DNA of 64,000 nt from Octopus bimaculoides (Eukaryota). The notes beneath the pieces were generated by a model that ran no database searches, had not been told where the DNA came from, and saw only the letters and a list, made by a program, of their open reading frames with translations. How positions within the stretch are numbered: position 1 is the first letter of the stretch; each line of letters starts with the position of its first letter. The translations under genes and the position numbers were made by a program. The stretch lies in assembly GCF_001194135.2 (NCBI RefSeq), contig NC_068986.1, positions 11,058,013 to 11,122,012 on the forward strand, given 5' to 3'. Below are positions 1 through 13,150 of this stretch, piece by piece.

Positions 1-39
1 GTGAGTGCTTACACTAACACATAAATAGGATGGAGGGAG

Positions 40-1100
40 TATAAATGACCACACTGACCCCAGTACAGTCATTTATTTCATTGAGCCCCCTTCCCCACCA
101 CGAAATACTGAAAGTATTCAGTCTGATTCCTACCAATTCTGTTACTCTCCTAATAATAATTACAGCTTGAAATTCTGGTACAAAACCAGCAATTTTAGGG
201 GGGAGAGGTTACTCAATTACATCGGCCCCAGTGTTCAACTGGGTCAAACTCAGAACATTAGAATTCCAAAGCAATGCCGCTGAGCATTTTGTCCAATTGC
301 TGCCTTAACAATCCTAATAACCTTTTCTGTTGGGACAAAAGACAAAAAATGGTTGTAGTGGAATCTGAAGAAATGATGCTAAGCATTCTTTTCCAACATG
401 CTAACAACTATACCAACTTGTCATCTCGATAATAATTAGATCGATTTTACCTTTGATCTTTTTGGGGGCCCCAAAAAGCACCAGTTGAGGAGTAGGGTCG
501 ATGTCATCCACTACATCCCTTCCCCAACATTTCAGACTTTGTGTCTATAGAAAGAAAACAATTATTCTACAATAGGCACAAAGCTGGAAATTCGGTGGAA
601 AGGGGCTACTCAATTACATCAACCCTACTGCTCAACTGGTACTTATTTTATTGATCCCCAAAAGAATGTCGACCTCAGCAGAATTTGAACTCAGAACATA
701 AAGGCAGACAAAATGTTTAACAGCATACTAACAATTCTGCCAGCTTGCCTTGATGATGATGATGATCATCATCATCATCATCATCATCATCAACATCATT
801 CGACCCCAGTATATGACTGGTACTTATTTTATCGCACCCGAAAGGATGAAAGGCAAAGTCGACCTCGGCGGAATTTGAACTCAGAACGTAAGGACGGACG
901 AAATGCCGCGAAGCATTTTGCCCGACGTGCTAACATTTCTGTCAGCTTACATCCTTAATAAATAGTTATTATTAAAAAATGTTGCCACAAAGGCAGCTTG
1001 AGGCAGGGGATTAAGTCGATTACATCGACCGCAGTGCGTAACTGGTATTTATTTAATCGACTCCGAAAGGATGAAAGGCAAAGTCCACCTCGGCGGAATA
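40..1100 (-). mobile_element. Cluster of about five family-B SINE fragments (best copy 797-952)
   Basis: Reverse-complement SINE motifs GGTACTTATTTTA.CGAC.CCGAAAGGATGAAAGGCAAAGTCGACCTCGGCGGAAT recur at ~60, 230, 640, 820 and 1050. Other B copies are at 8592-8787(-), 16560-16710(-), 35890-36065(+), 36250-36430(-), 52503-52690(+) and 61900-62450(+). Confidence 0.75.
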
Positions 1101-2343
1101 AATAACAACAACAACAAATTTCTAACATTCACACACGTCATTAATTTGTAAAGAATCTTGGCTGTTACATTTTATCGATTCTGAAGGATCGAAGACAAAC
1201 TAGAATGGACAGGGATATAACTAAAAACCATCAATTTCACTTCATTTTTAAGTTAATTTAAATTGTGTTCCTATTAGTAAACCCTCTGTGTTTCCTAAAG
1301 TACAACTAACTCGGTTATCAAACAATGTATTTATCTCTTTTTCTTTCTTTTACGATGCAGAATTTATTAAAATGGTTTCTCGCTCACTTTCATAAATCTT
1401 CGCCCAAGTTGTCTCCCTTCAATTATTTCGATAATTATTACCAAGATCGTCTCTATACGGCAGATCCTCGTGGCCTTGCAATACAAATATAATTACAGTA
1501 GTGATTGACACAACGGGTAAAATTTACGAGTGGGAGAGGGGAATAAAAAAAATAAAGTATATTTTAAAATGTTTCGCTATTCGTTATGAAGAACATTCTT
1601 TCGCTACGTTTTTTCTCGAAATTTTTGTGACAAAATACCTGTACAATAGCAAAAATTTTAAGTAGATTGGCAGAGCAGGTAGATAGTAGTAATCAGTTGT
1701 GCTCCTTCGTGATCACATCCTACAGGCGTCAACTTTGCCTTTCATACTTACAGGGTTAATAAAAATAAAATATATAAAAAAAATTTAGTCGAATGAATTG
1801 ACCGTAGTACTTGTTTGTTTGTTTTTTTGTTTTGTTTTTTTAAGCTTGATACTTATTCTACCCTTCATTTCAGCTGAATTACTATGTTACGTGGATGTAA
1901 GCATCACAGCAGTAGTTGTCAAGCAGTGATGGGGACAACACACACACACGGTAGGCTTCTTTCAGTTTCCGTTTACCAAATCCATTCACAAGGCTTTGGT
2001 CGACCCGAGACTACAAGTAGAAGGCATGTGCCCAAAGTGCCACGCCGTTGGACTGAACCTGGACCCATGAGGTTGGGAAGCAAACTTCTCAGACCAACAT
2101 AACACACTATGCTGGAAGCACATTTCTTTTATTAATTTAAATGGATGCAGGTCGCTAAGTTGGTTCCAAATATTGAGAAATATTTATGATTAATGGATGC
2201 CCTTCCTTAACAATGGCCCATCAGAAGTCTTCCCGGGTTGCTTGGCCTGTACTCCAATCCAGTTCCACCAACTTGCACCCACTCAATTATTTCTCTTTCT
2301 CTGGTGATTATTTTATCACTAATAAGGTGGATATAGACATTAA

Positions 2344-2877
2344 CCCATTGCCAAACATGAGCCCCATTTAGAAATCTGCTAAAACCAGTCAATGCCGGTT
2401 CTTCATTGTAGTCAAAGTGAATTGCTTATGTACATAGTATTTGCAGAGGTGTTTAACAAGATTTAGAAGTTAAAGTTTGTCATTATTGGCTCTGGCTAAT
2501 TCTAGAGGACATTTTAGGTCATAAATCGCAATTTTTGAACTACAAAAAAAAAAAAAAAATTACTATTTTAAAAACGTCATTTTTTTTTTCTTTTTGCGTT
2601 TCCCATCTATATCATTCATTGAAATTTATACACATTCGTATTTGATACTATTGTTTCAAAAAAACTAAAATGTTTATAGAAAAGGATAAATATGTTTTGT
2701 TTTGTTTTGTTCTTTTGTTTTTTTAGCGATTCGCATTTGGGACTTTTCGAAAAAATTTATCATAATTTCCAAAATAATTCACATATGGAGAAAATTTAAA
2801 TACTATATATTATTTTAACTCCTAAGACACTTGGCAAAGCCAAAAAATATGAATAAAAAAATTTAGCAGTTAATGGG
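2344..2877. mobile_element. Possible 534-bp non-autonomous piggyBac-type element
   Basis: It reads TTAA(2340-2343)-CCCATT ... AATGGG-TTAA(2878-2881), with an AT-rich non-coding interior. Confidence 0.5.
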
Positions 2878-3699
2878 TTAAGATGGAGGTCCCTGTTATC
2901 TCCCCTTGTTGGTAAACCATACTGAAATGTACAGTCATTATATTGATTACGATGGTGCCAATTTTCTCGCAGAGATCAACTACTTCAGCCTCTAAGAACA
3001 GCATAACCTCCACTATAGCCAACATTTCAGCCACCCTTCTCGGTATCTCTGTCACCATCAACACCAACCCACCTCCACATTACTATGCGTCAACTAATTC
3101 CCAACTCTTACCTCCAACACACACATTAATCCAAAATCTTTTTTCTTTTTTTTTTTAATATCAACTCTTACGAGCGCTATAAATCTGAGGTGTGGCTGTT
3201 TGATAAAAAGCTTTCTTCCCAACAACATGGTTCCATGTTCAGTCTCACGACTGGTACCTCGGGTAAGTGTCTTCCACTATAGCATTGGCCCGACCAAAGC
3301 TTTTGTGAGTGGATTTGGTAGACGGAAACTGAAATAAGATCATCGCGCGCGTGCGTGTGTCCTTCGATGACTCGACAGCCGGTGTTGATATGTTTATGTC
3401 TCCGGAACTCGGCGATTCGGCAAAATAGACCGATACAAGTAGCAAGTTTAAAAAAAAAAAAGATACTGGGGTCGATTCATTCGACTAAAAATTCGAGCCG
3501 GTGCCCCAGCATGGCCGCAGTCTAATGACAAACAATTAAATGATAAGAGATGCAGCACTTCTTCAATCGTAGTCGTGTCAGTTCTGTTGTGGATTCCACC
3601 TTCCACTGAGCTAGAACCATCGACCTCCAACAAGCTATACATACTCTTGCAAACGAAATATATATTTTTTAACCTTCCACACGACCGCACTACAACTAA

Positions 3700-4450
3700 A
3701 ATACTCCTCTGTTATCGTCTGCTTTCTGAGACTGAAACATCTATTAGAAATTCACTGGCTCCAGCGTATTTACACAATTGTCTCCTCATATCAAACACCA
3801 TAAGCAATTTGGAATCCCAGAATGTATGGCAAAGCCATTCTGGCACCATTTAACAGTAATTCAACACTGATCTATCCAGAACGTTCTAAACTTTCTCTTG
3901 TTCTCCCCCCCACCACCACCACTCTCTCTCTCTACCTGTATATGATGCCTCAAGCGCCAAAAAGTGCTATTGTCAAAACAGACCAATTGTTCAGTTAGCC
4001 AGGCCAATCATTAGTAGCGCCCATTTGTCCTGGTACGTATGCACTCTAAAGATTTTAACGGCATATCTGCCAACCTTTTCTACTTCGTTACTTGCAATTT
4101 TGCAATGCATTCTACATAGGTGAAATGGGAAGCCATTCAGGTGACTTCGTTTTCTCAAACCTGGCATTTCCCATAGAACGCAAGAGGAGGCTTGGGGCCC
4201 CGACATTTCAAATCACTTGGCCACTCCGTTGATCACCTGTCAGTGTCTGGGAGTTTTTTCAACACCATGATACCCCATATTCCTGCAAACATGAAGAGTC
4301 ATAAAAAGTCTTCCTGTTTGGTAATGATTCACCTATAAACCTTAATGAATAAATTCTCCTTTTCATAAAAATCATCATCTCCCCCACTATCAGATAATTT
4401 TATTCCAGTCACTGATCAACTAACAAGATTTCCATCTTACTCTCTAATAT
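3700..4450 (-). mobile_element. Probable highly decayed LINE fragment
   Basis: Broken coding-like minus-strand stretches (..GFAIHSGIPN.., ..LKCRAPSL..) in non-SINE sequence. The clade is not assignable. Confidence 0.3.
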
Positions 4451-4971
4451 TCTACCGGCACAAAGCCCTCCCTACCCCCACTCAACACTACCCTACCTCG
4501 CAGCTAAGCGGTTTTGTCTTGCAAGTTGCTTGGGTGACCCTGTCGGCCCTAGCGCTACATAAAAAGCACCCAGTACATTCTGTAAAGTGGCAGGCGTAAG
4601 CAAAGGAATCCAGCTGTAGAAACCATACCAAAACAGACAACTGAAGCCTGGTGCAGGCTCCCGGCCTTAGCAGCTCCTGTCAAACCATCCAACTCCTGCC
4701 AGCATGGGAAATGGATGTAGAATGAGAATGGTGGTGGTCAATATCTCTTTTTCCACGCACACCAGATTTTAGCACTGTCGTCAAACTCTAGCAGAATGTC
4801 TATAAAACTTTATTTCTTTAACACACACTAAACATTGCCACTTGTCTGTTGGCTTCTAGTGGCATACCCATACAATTATATTCACTATAAACCCAGGCAT
4901 GGCTGTATGGTTAAGAAACTTGCTTCTCAAGCATGTGATCTCAGGTTTAGCCCCACTGCATAGCACCTTAA

Positions 4972-5158
4972 CCCTTTAAGTATTTAAACTGGCTATATCT
5001 GGTCAAATCTGGGCCCTCACACCTACCCTACAATGTCGTTCTAAAAATAAATTACCACATCATCAAACTCTTGAAGTTACAAAATAATGCAGGATTAATT
5101 CAAAACAATGTGAATAAATAAGGATTACATTTGATAGAATAATCTGAATGCTAAAGGG
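4972..5158. mobile_element. piggyBac-type (TTAA) MITE inside a SINE head
   Basis: It reads TTAA-CCCTTTAAG...TGCTAAAGGG-TTAA. Removing it restores the SINE sequence GCACCTTAAGCAAG. Confidence 0.85.
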
Positions 5159-5390
5159 TTAAGCAAGGTCCTTCTACTACCAAAGCCTCGTGAGTGGATT
5201 TGTTATATGGAAACTGAAAGAAGCCCATCATATATAGAGAAAGATAGACGTGTGTGCGTATATGTGTATATAACCTTGTCTTGACATCATGTAATAATTC
5301 CAAACAAGCATCAAAATCATACAAGTGACATTGTTCATCTCCAGTCTTCCATGAAAACATGTCTGACAACGGGAAAATATTACCTTACTT

Positions 5391-5711
5391 CATCGGTTCT
5401 CGGCTGGGGCCTGTATGACCCCTGGGTGTCCACACAAGCAAAGTAGTAAAATGGGAATCCACAGTCGTATATTAAGGGTTCATGAAAAATTTTGCTTAGA
5501 TGTATTTATAGCAAGAAAAAGGTTTCTTTCTCTAATGTCTTACACAGTCCAACCTACACAAGTTAATGCTTGAAAAACAAAATAAGAATTTTGAAAAAAA
5601 AGAATCTATAAAACTAATTTTTAGACATTGAATGGCTAAGCGTGTCCACCAGAATAAAGTATTCATCAAAGGGGGGTGGGGACCAAAGATAAAAAGGGTT
5701 GAGAACCACTG
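5391..5711. mobile_element. hAT-type MITE with perfect 8-bp TSD
   Basis: CCTTACTT flanks both ends (5383-5390 and 5712-5719). The termini are CATCGGTTCTC and GTTGAGAACCACTG (Charlie-like CAGTGGTTCTCAAC family). Confidence 0.85.
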
Positions 5712-6059
5712 CCTTACTTGGAAACAGGTAAAGTTGGTGAAAGGAAGGCATACTCATACAGAAAATCAGTCTCAACAAATTCCACAAGCACCATGAAAGA
5801 TGAAAAACTGGATGCCAAAATGATAAGTAAATGTGTCTGTCTCCTTGCCTTGATATTGCATGACATTTGCAAATGATTATCGGCCATGGAGAAGTATTAT
5901 CTTGCTTGGAAACAGAAAGGGTATCTGGCCATAGAAAATCTGCCTCAATAAATTCCATCTGCCATGCTAGCATGGAAATATGGACATTTAAGCGATGATA
6001 AACTAAAAATGAAGCTTAAGTTGTGTATAAAAGGAAAAGAAATTTACAACCACCCATCC

Positions 6060-6400
6060 ACCTTCAATGCAGATAATTTTTAGATTTAAGAAAACAGGAA
6101 GTGTTGCTGATACCAAAACATCTAAGAAATTACGATCAAGGTGGAATGAAAACACTCATGAAAATGTTGACAAATGTTAAGGCAATTCATTTGAGTTTAA
6201 TTAGTAAAACTGCTACTTCAAGAATTGGTTCAAACTCCTTTTACTGTCAGTCTGTTGTTAATTTTCTCATCATATAATGGCGTCTGTCAAACCAATTTTT
6301 CCTTTCATCATTAACTGGAAAATGCATCAAACTTAAGGTCTTACTCTTGAAAATATATAATTTTTATACAAACTTGTTACAAGTTCAAATATGTTTGAAG
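6060..6400 (+). mobile_element. Tc1/mariner-like transposase N-terminal remnant
   Basis: Translation MQIIFRFKKTGSVADTKTSKKLRSRWNEN resembles the KF.ETGSV.D.PRSGRPRS HTH/linker motif of IS630-Tc1-mariner transposases. Confidence 0.4.
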
Positions 6401-6499
6401 CATAATTCAAACATGTAAGAAAGCAATTCACAGTATTTTGTTATGGAGAAAACTCCTCACTGTTGACAAATAGGTGTAAAAACACAGGGTCAGCTCAGA

Positions 6500-6960
6500 G
6501 TGACAGGTTTGGAAAGCCAGTGGCTGCACCAGGCTCCAATCTGATCAGGCAATGTTTCTACAGCTGGATGCCCTTCCTAACACCATCCACTCAGAGTGTA
6601 GTGGGTGCTTTTTAAGTGCCACCAGCACAGGAGAAAGTCAGGTGGACCTGGCATCGACCATGTTCAGATAGTGCTTTCTACGTGCCACCGGCACAGGAGC
6701 CAGTTAGGCGGACCTAGCATCGACCACATTCAAATGGTGCTTTTTATGTGCCACCAGCACAGGAGCCAGTCAGTGGGTACTGGCATCAGCCACATTCAGA
6801 TGGTGCATTTTACATGCCACCGGAATGGGAGCCAGTCAGGGGCACTGACCACAGCTACGATTTTGGTTTTACTTGACTCAACAGGTCTTCACAAGCATAT
6901 CATATTGCCCACACATCAAGGATATTTTTAAATAGGCCAGACATGCAATACTGTCATCAG
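6500..6960 (-). mobile_element. RTE-tail element with four 66-bp units
   Basis: GTGC(T/A)TT anchors occur at 6605, 6671, 6737 and 6803, and CTACAGCTGGATGCCCTTCCTAAC is at ~6560. Confidence 0.8.
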
Positions 6961-7494
6961 CCATGGCTGTGATCTTACTTTAGTTGCTGGATCTTCTCAA
7001 TCACAGCATATCTCCTGATGATCGGATCAACAGGAACCTTTGTCATCATAACCAATGGAATGCCAGTTATCTCTCTCTTTCCAACATTTTTTCTATCACT
7101 CTCACTCTCTCTTTCTCCCCACCATGTTGCTGTGTCAATAAGGCAGAGGACAGCAGTCACGCAATCACTTTATACACAGTCACTGTTTGTTTAAGATCAT
7201 GATCAAGTCCACACACTCTAAATAAAAGGTGGTTTGCTGATTTGCAGTAACAAGTTCAACACTACCCACATTCTATCCAGAGGGAGATTCATTTTGACCT
7301 TTGCATGCAAGTTACTTGGTGACCCTATAGTTGCTGGTTCCACATAAAAATCACTAGTGCTGGTGCCATGTAAAGGGCACCCAGTACACACTGTAAAGTG
7401 ATTGGTATTAGGAAGGGCATCCAGCTTCTGGTTTCTAGCTCCTTGTCAAACTGTCAAACCCATGCTGTATGGAAAACAAACATTAAATGATGGT

Positions 7495-7839
7495 TAGTGG
7501 TTCTCAACTGGAGCCCATATAAGATTGGGGGGGGGGGCGGTTTCCACACACCAAAATAGCAAATTTAGGATCCACAATAATGCATTAAGAACCCTGGAAA
7601 AAAATTTGTTTTAAATGTATTGGTATGTATTGCAAGAAACAGCTAGGTTTCTTTCTCTAACATTTTACATAATTCAACCTACACAAATTAATGAGTGAAA
7701 ACCAAAATAGGAATTTTGAAAGAAGTTCTACAAAATTTTGAAAGCAGTTTCTTCAAACATTGAATAACTAGGGGAAGGTCAACTGGAATAAAATGGTAAT
7801 CAAAGGGGTCCATAGACAAAAAACAGTTGAGAACTCATG
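7495..7839. mobile_element. hAT-type MITE, same family as 5391-5711
   Basis: The termini are TAGTGGTTCTCAAC and GTTGAGAACTCATG. The internal sequence is shared with the 5391 copy (GGTTTCTTTCTCTAA..CCAACCTACACAA). The TSD is degenerate (ATGATGGT/ATGATGAC). Confidence 0.75.
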
Positions 7840-10800
7840 ATGATGACGAAAGTCTGAAACTTAGTGAAAAAAAACTCTGAGACTAGTGATGGGAAGGAAG
7901 TTAGTTGTCCTCTAACCTGAATGTGTGCAACAGATAAAACTCTACTGAGAGCAGAACAGCCAAGTGCCAGTTAGCTAGGTATTGAAATTATCTTTCACAA
8001 ATCGCAGTCGTGGCAGATACTGGTGTCACACAAATTGGCACCTGTGCCGGTGGCACATAAATGCATCCTAGTGTCATGCAAATGACACCTGTGTCGGTGG
8101 TACATAAAAGCACCCATTACACTCTCAGAGTGGTTGGCGTTAGGAAGGGCATCCAGCTGTAGAAAACCATACCAAATCAGACTGGAGCCTGGTGCAGCCT
8201 TCCAGCATGCCAACTCAGTTGAACCATCCAACCCATGCCAGCATGGACAACGGACGCTAAATGATGAAAGTCAAGATACAAGGCACAAGCATGACTGTGG
8301 TAAGTTTGCTTCCCATCCACAAAGTTCTGGGTTCAATCCTACAGCACTGCACCTTAGTCAAACGTCTTTTACTGTAACCCCAGACAAACTGAAGCAATGT
8401 GAAGGAATCCTGTAGATGGAAACTGAAAGAAGCCTGTCATGTGTGTCTCTTTGTGTTTGACCCGTCACCACAGCATGACAACCGATCCCAATGTGTTGCT
8501 CAGTCCAGGAATCAAATCAACAATCACCAAAATGTGAGTGCAACACCCTAACTGCTAGGCCACAAACTTTCACAAGGAATAATCCTTTCTACTGGAAGCA
8601 CAAGGCCTCAAAGTTTGGGGGAAGGAATTAAGTTGATTACATCGACTCCGGTGAGTAACTGGTACTTATTTAATCGACCCCAAAAGGATGAAAGGCAAAG
8701 TCGGCCTCAGAATGTAGCAGCAGACGAAATACCGCTAAGCATTTCGCCCAGTGTGCTAACGATTCAGCCAGATCGCCAGCTTGCAAGGAATAATAATAAT
8801 AATAATAATGAAATTAATTTTAAAAATTCATTCATCCAAGTTATTTGTAATTTTATACAAATTGACAGTAACATCTAGTTTTATAAGTATATAGAGAAAC
8901 AAACTGATAAATACAGAAGAACCAACAAGATGAGTAGATTTTGTACTGCATTGAGTCTCTAGTGAAGAGGACATAGCTATAAGCAGAAGGGCTTCACCAA
9001 AGAGATTTGCCTTAGGTATACAAAGACAGTCTTTGACCTTTTAGCATTTAAATGGCCATATCTGAGCCAAATACTCTATATGTTTTATGTTCAAACTGGC
9101 TAGGTCTGGCCACTTGCGTCTAACCTACAATGTCATTCAAAATGTAACCAAATACATAATCGAAACGTCAACGCTACAAGATAATGTATGATTAAAAAAA
9201 CAATGTGAATAAGTAAACATTACTTTTGACAGTAACTTAAATGCTAAAGGATTAATGATTATAACAGAAGGTAGAAATACTTATCCATTTCTTAAAGAAC
9301 TTTATGACAGCTCAATATTAAAATACTCTTCTATCTAATGCACAACCATTGTGTTGTATACCACAGCAAGGCACATTACTGCTTGCACATGGCTCACACA
9401 CAAAAGGCTCTTCATTATTGCTTCATAAGTGGTTGGTAGCAAGGAGGGGATTTAGCCATCAAAAGATTTTTATTATATTTTGTTATATACTACCATTGAG
9501 ATACACAGTTGCAGGGGTGGATGCGAGGTATGAAACTTGCTTCCCAACCACATGGTTCCGGGTTCAGTCCTACTTGGGCAAGTGTCTTCTACTATAGTGT
9601 CAGGCCAACCAAAGCCTTTCAAGGGGACAGAAACTGAAAGAAGCCTGTCATGTGTGTGTGTGTGTCTTTTTTCCTCACCGTCACATGACGACTGGCATTG
9701 GTGTGTTTACGTGCCCTAACTTAGCGGTTCAGTAAGAGATCAACAGAATAAGTGCCAGGCTTAAACAATAAGTACTGGGGTTGATTCATTTGACTGAGAA
9801 TTCTTCAAGGTAGTGCCCCAGCACGGCCACAGTCAAACGATTGAAACAAGTAAATAAAAAACACACACACATACAAGGTAAACTTTATAAACACCTTTCT
9901 AGAAGAACAAACAATTCAGCCTCACTGTATGAAGTAGAAATTGGGGTTAAATCACGGGTTTTTCTGTCTGAAGTCAATGAAAGGATACTGATCTGATTAA
10001 TTTTAATATTTATTCTCAGCTCATTAGAGATTGGTCACTTACTTTTCACAGAGGAAATATGAGCAGAGAGCTATTTATAGAGTATGCAAACTTAGACAGT
10101 ATTAAATTAGTCTACCTAATTAACATGAAGGTAATCATCCTGATGATTAAGGTGTTGCACTCAATTGCAAGATTGTGATTTCAATTCCTAGGTTTCATGT
10201 TCTTGAGCATAACACTTCATTTCCTGTTGTTCCAGTCCGTTCAACCACGAGTAACCCTGCAACAGACTGGCATCCTGTTCAAAGAGGCTGTTGTGATCTC
10301 AGTTACTTAAACATCATGGAAATCAGGCAACCTGCCCTACAAGTTTTGGGACCCAAAGACAGTCATGTCTGAGGGATTACCATTTTTTTTTACCTAATTT
10401 GCTCAACAAAACAGTATAAGAATTGGCAATTTGAATTAATGGAACCACTGGTCAGTGTTGCTAATTTAGGATAAATATAAACGTAAGCTAAATCTTATAA
10501 ACATGTGTTTAACCTTGCAGAGAAAGTGATTCTATTAATTCAATCACATTGCCAAGCACTTGCATCATTATGTAAATTAGACCAATTTGGTTCTGTCCAA
10601 GATTGCGTGTACTATAAATAGCTGTAAATTAATATATGTTCTGTGGACAAAAAGTACTAGCGAATTCGCCACTTTGCTTACTTGTAAGGTACATTCCATG
10701 TCTTTGCTGTTTATCAGAAAATCTCTCAACACCAAAATGGTGACATTGTAAAGGCACGTGGTCACACCCAAACATGTATTTTTAAATAACTTTCAAAGCA

Positions 10801-10918
10801 TAAACTGCTCAACCATGAAGTGTGATACCATTTACCACAAAGTGAGTGATTTGTTTCATCTACAAAGCATTAATACAATTCCCCAAAAGATGTGTGTCTT
10901 CTATATATTTTAATTTAA

Positions 10919-11138
10919 CCCTTTAGTATTTAGGTTGGCCATATCTGGCCCAAACATTTTGCATGCTTTATGTTCAAACTGCCCAGATCTGGCCGCCCAC
11001 ATCTACCTTACAATGACATTCTAAATGTAAGCATTCACATCATCAGAATCTCAAAGCTATGAGATAATGTATGATTAATTCAAAACAATGTCAATATACA
11101 AGGACTACATTTGACAGAACAATCTGAATGTTAAAGGG
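10919..11138. mobile_element. piggyBac-type (TTAA) MITE, same family (further copies at ~9033-9255, 13330-13550, 32880-33270 and 37990-38155)
   Basis: It reads TTAA-CCCTTTAGTATT...AATGTTAAAGGG-TTAA and shares the core GATAATG.ATGATTAATTCAAAACAATG with the other copies. Confidence 0.85.
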
Positions 11139-12819
11139 TTAAACCAGTTTTAGAGTTAACTGTCGAAAAATTTGATTCTTGAATATGGGGCAATTTAAAT
11201 GCTAGAGGGTTATGATTGATCCAATTGACTATATTCTCTCCCCACCAATGAAATCAGCCTTGTGTCTCATGAAAAAGAAATGAAGTTTCCAGTTTGCAAA
11301 CATTTTCATCTACTCCTATCCTCCTTTGTATAATGGGAGGCAGCCATGTATCTCACCTACAGCAAGACACATGCTCTTGTCACTCTATTATAGTTTAGCC
11401 TCTCAACACCTGGCAGAAAACTACCTCATCTGCTACACCTGCTCTCAGTCAAGCAGACTTCATCTTCTAAGTCACTTGGTGACCTCGCTTCTACCAACAC
11501 CACAAACAAAAAAAAAAGCACCAAGTACATTCCATAAATTAGTTGGTGTTAGGATAGGCACCCAGCTGGAGAAACCATACCAAAACAGACTTTGGAGTTT
11601 GATACAGTTTCTCAGGTCATAAGAACCTGTCAAACAATTTAACCCATGCCAGCATGGAAGACAATCATTAAATGATGATGATGTAGGCAAGAAAGTTTGC
11701 ACCTCTTACACTCATCAACCATTCAACAATGAACTAATTATTTGAAACTAATTAATTCTAAAATGATACTGATTGCACTTCATTAGACACACAGCTTCAT
11801 ATGATGAAGAATAACATCAACTGAATTGACACCAGTGTATTGGTGGTAATTATTGACTTAGCCATCATCAACATCATCATTTAACATCCATTGTCCAATG
11901 CTGGGGCATGGGTTGGATGGTTTGACCAGGACTGGTAAGCTGAGGGGCTGCACCAGACTCCAGTCTCATTTGGTATGGTTACTACAGCTGGACGCCCTTC
12001 CTAGCGCCAACCACTTCGAGAGTGTAATGAGTGCTTTTACATGCCACCAGCACAGGTGCCATTTACATGACACTGGTGTCTTCCACAACTGCAGTTTTAC
12101 TTGGCTTGATGGGTTGTCTTCTCAGCGATTACAAAGGACAGTAAACCATAGCAGAATTTGAACGCCATAAGACGTGCCAGTGCCACATAGTCAGTGCAGA
12201 GGTCATGTAAAAAGCACCCATGCTGGAGTCATGTAAACAGCTCCTGTGCTGGCGCCACATATAAAGTCGAAGAATATTTAGTAGAAATAAATAGCAGATG
12301 CATGAAAGTGCCACCTGCCCACCATAACTATTATCCATGCCATTATTTACAGCTGATGCTTTATTAATCTTTCATCTTTTACTCGTTTTAATCATTTGAC
12401 TGTGACCATGCTGGGGCACCACCTTGAAGAATTTTTAGTTGAATGAATTGACCCCAGCACTTTTTTTTTTGAAGCCTGGTACTTATTCTATTGGTCTCAA
12501 ACCGCTAAGTCATAGGAACATAAACAAACCAACATTGGTCATCAAGCAGTGTAGTGGGGGACAAACGCAGACACAAACACACATATATATCTATACAATG
12601 GGCTTCTTTCAGTTTCTGCCTACCAAATCTACTCACAAGATTTTAGTCAGCCCAAAGCTATAATAGAAAACACCTGCCCAAGGTGCTAGACGATGGGGAC
12701 TGAACCTGGGACCATATGGTTGGGAAGCAAGCTTCATACCACACAGCCACGCCTGTGCCTATAAATGACAAGGCTTTATCAGATCAAGAACCAATTCTAG
12801 GGAAAACTAATCAGCATCG

Positions 12820-13150
12820 TCATCGTTGAACATCTGCTTTCCATGCTGGCATGAGTTGAACGGTTTGACTGAGGACTGGCAAGCCAGAAGGCTGTACCAG
12901 GCTCCAGTCTGATCTAGTAAGGTTTCTACAGCTGGATGCCCTTCCTAACACCAGCCACTTCGAATGTAGTGGGTGCTTTTTACGTGCCACAGGCACGAGA
13001 GCCAGTCAGGCAGCACTGGCATTGACCACACTTGAATGGTACTTTTTACATGCCACTGTCACGGGAGCCAGTCATGCAGCACTAGCATTGGCCACGCTCA
13101 AATGGTGCTTTTTACATGCTAACCGGCATGGGAGCCAGTCAGGCGGCACT
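12820..13150 (-). mobile_element. RTE-tail element with three 66-bp units
   Basis: Anchors occur at 12973, 13039 and 13105, with a (CAT)-type tail at ~12815. Confidence 0.8.

Noticed and set aside
2870-3120. Purine-rich coding-looking minus-strand stretch (65-aa ORF)
   Set aside because: There are stops in the glycine-rich frames, no splice-site pair and no recognisable family. It is probably an old decayed insertion.
6605-6860. Regularly spaced repeats superficially like a CRISPR array
   Set aside because: The whole 66-bp unit is repeated (no unique spacers), it is internal to a retroelement, and the context is eukaryotic with no cas genes.
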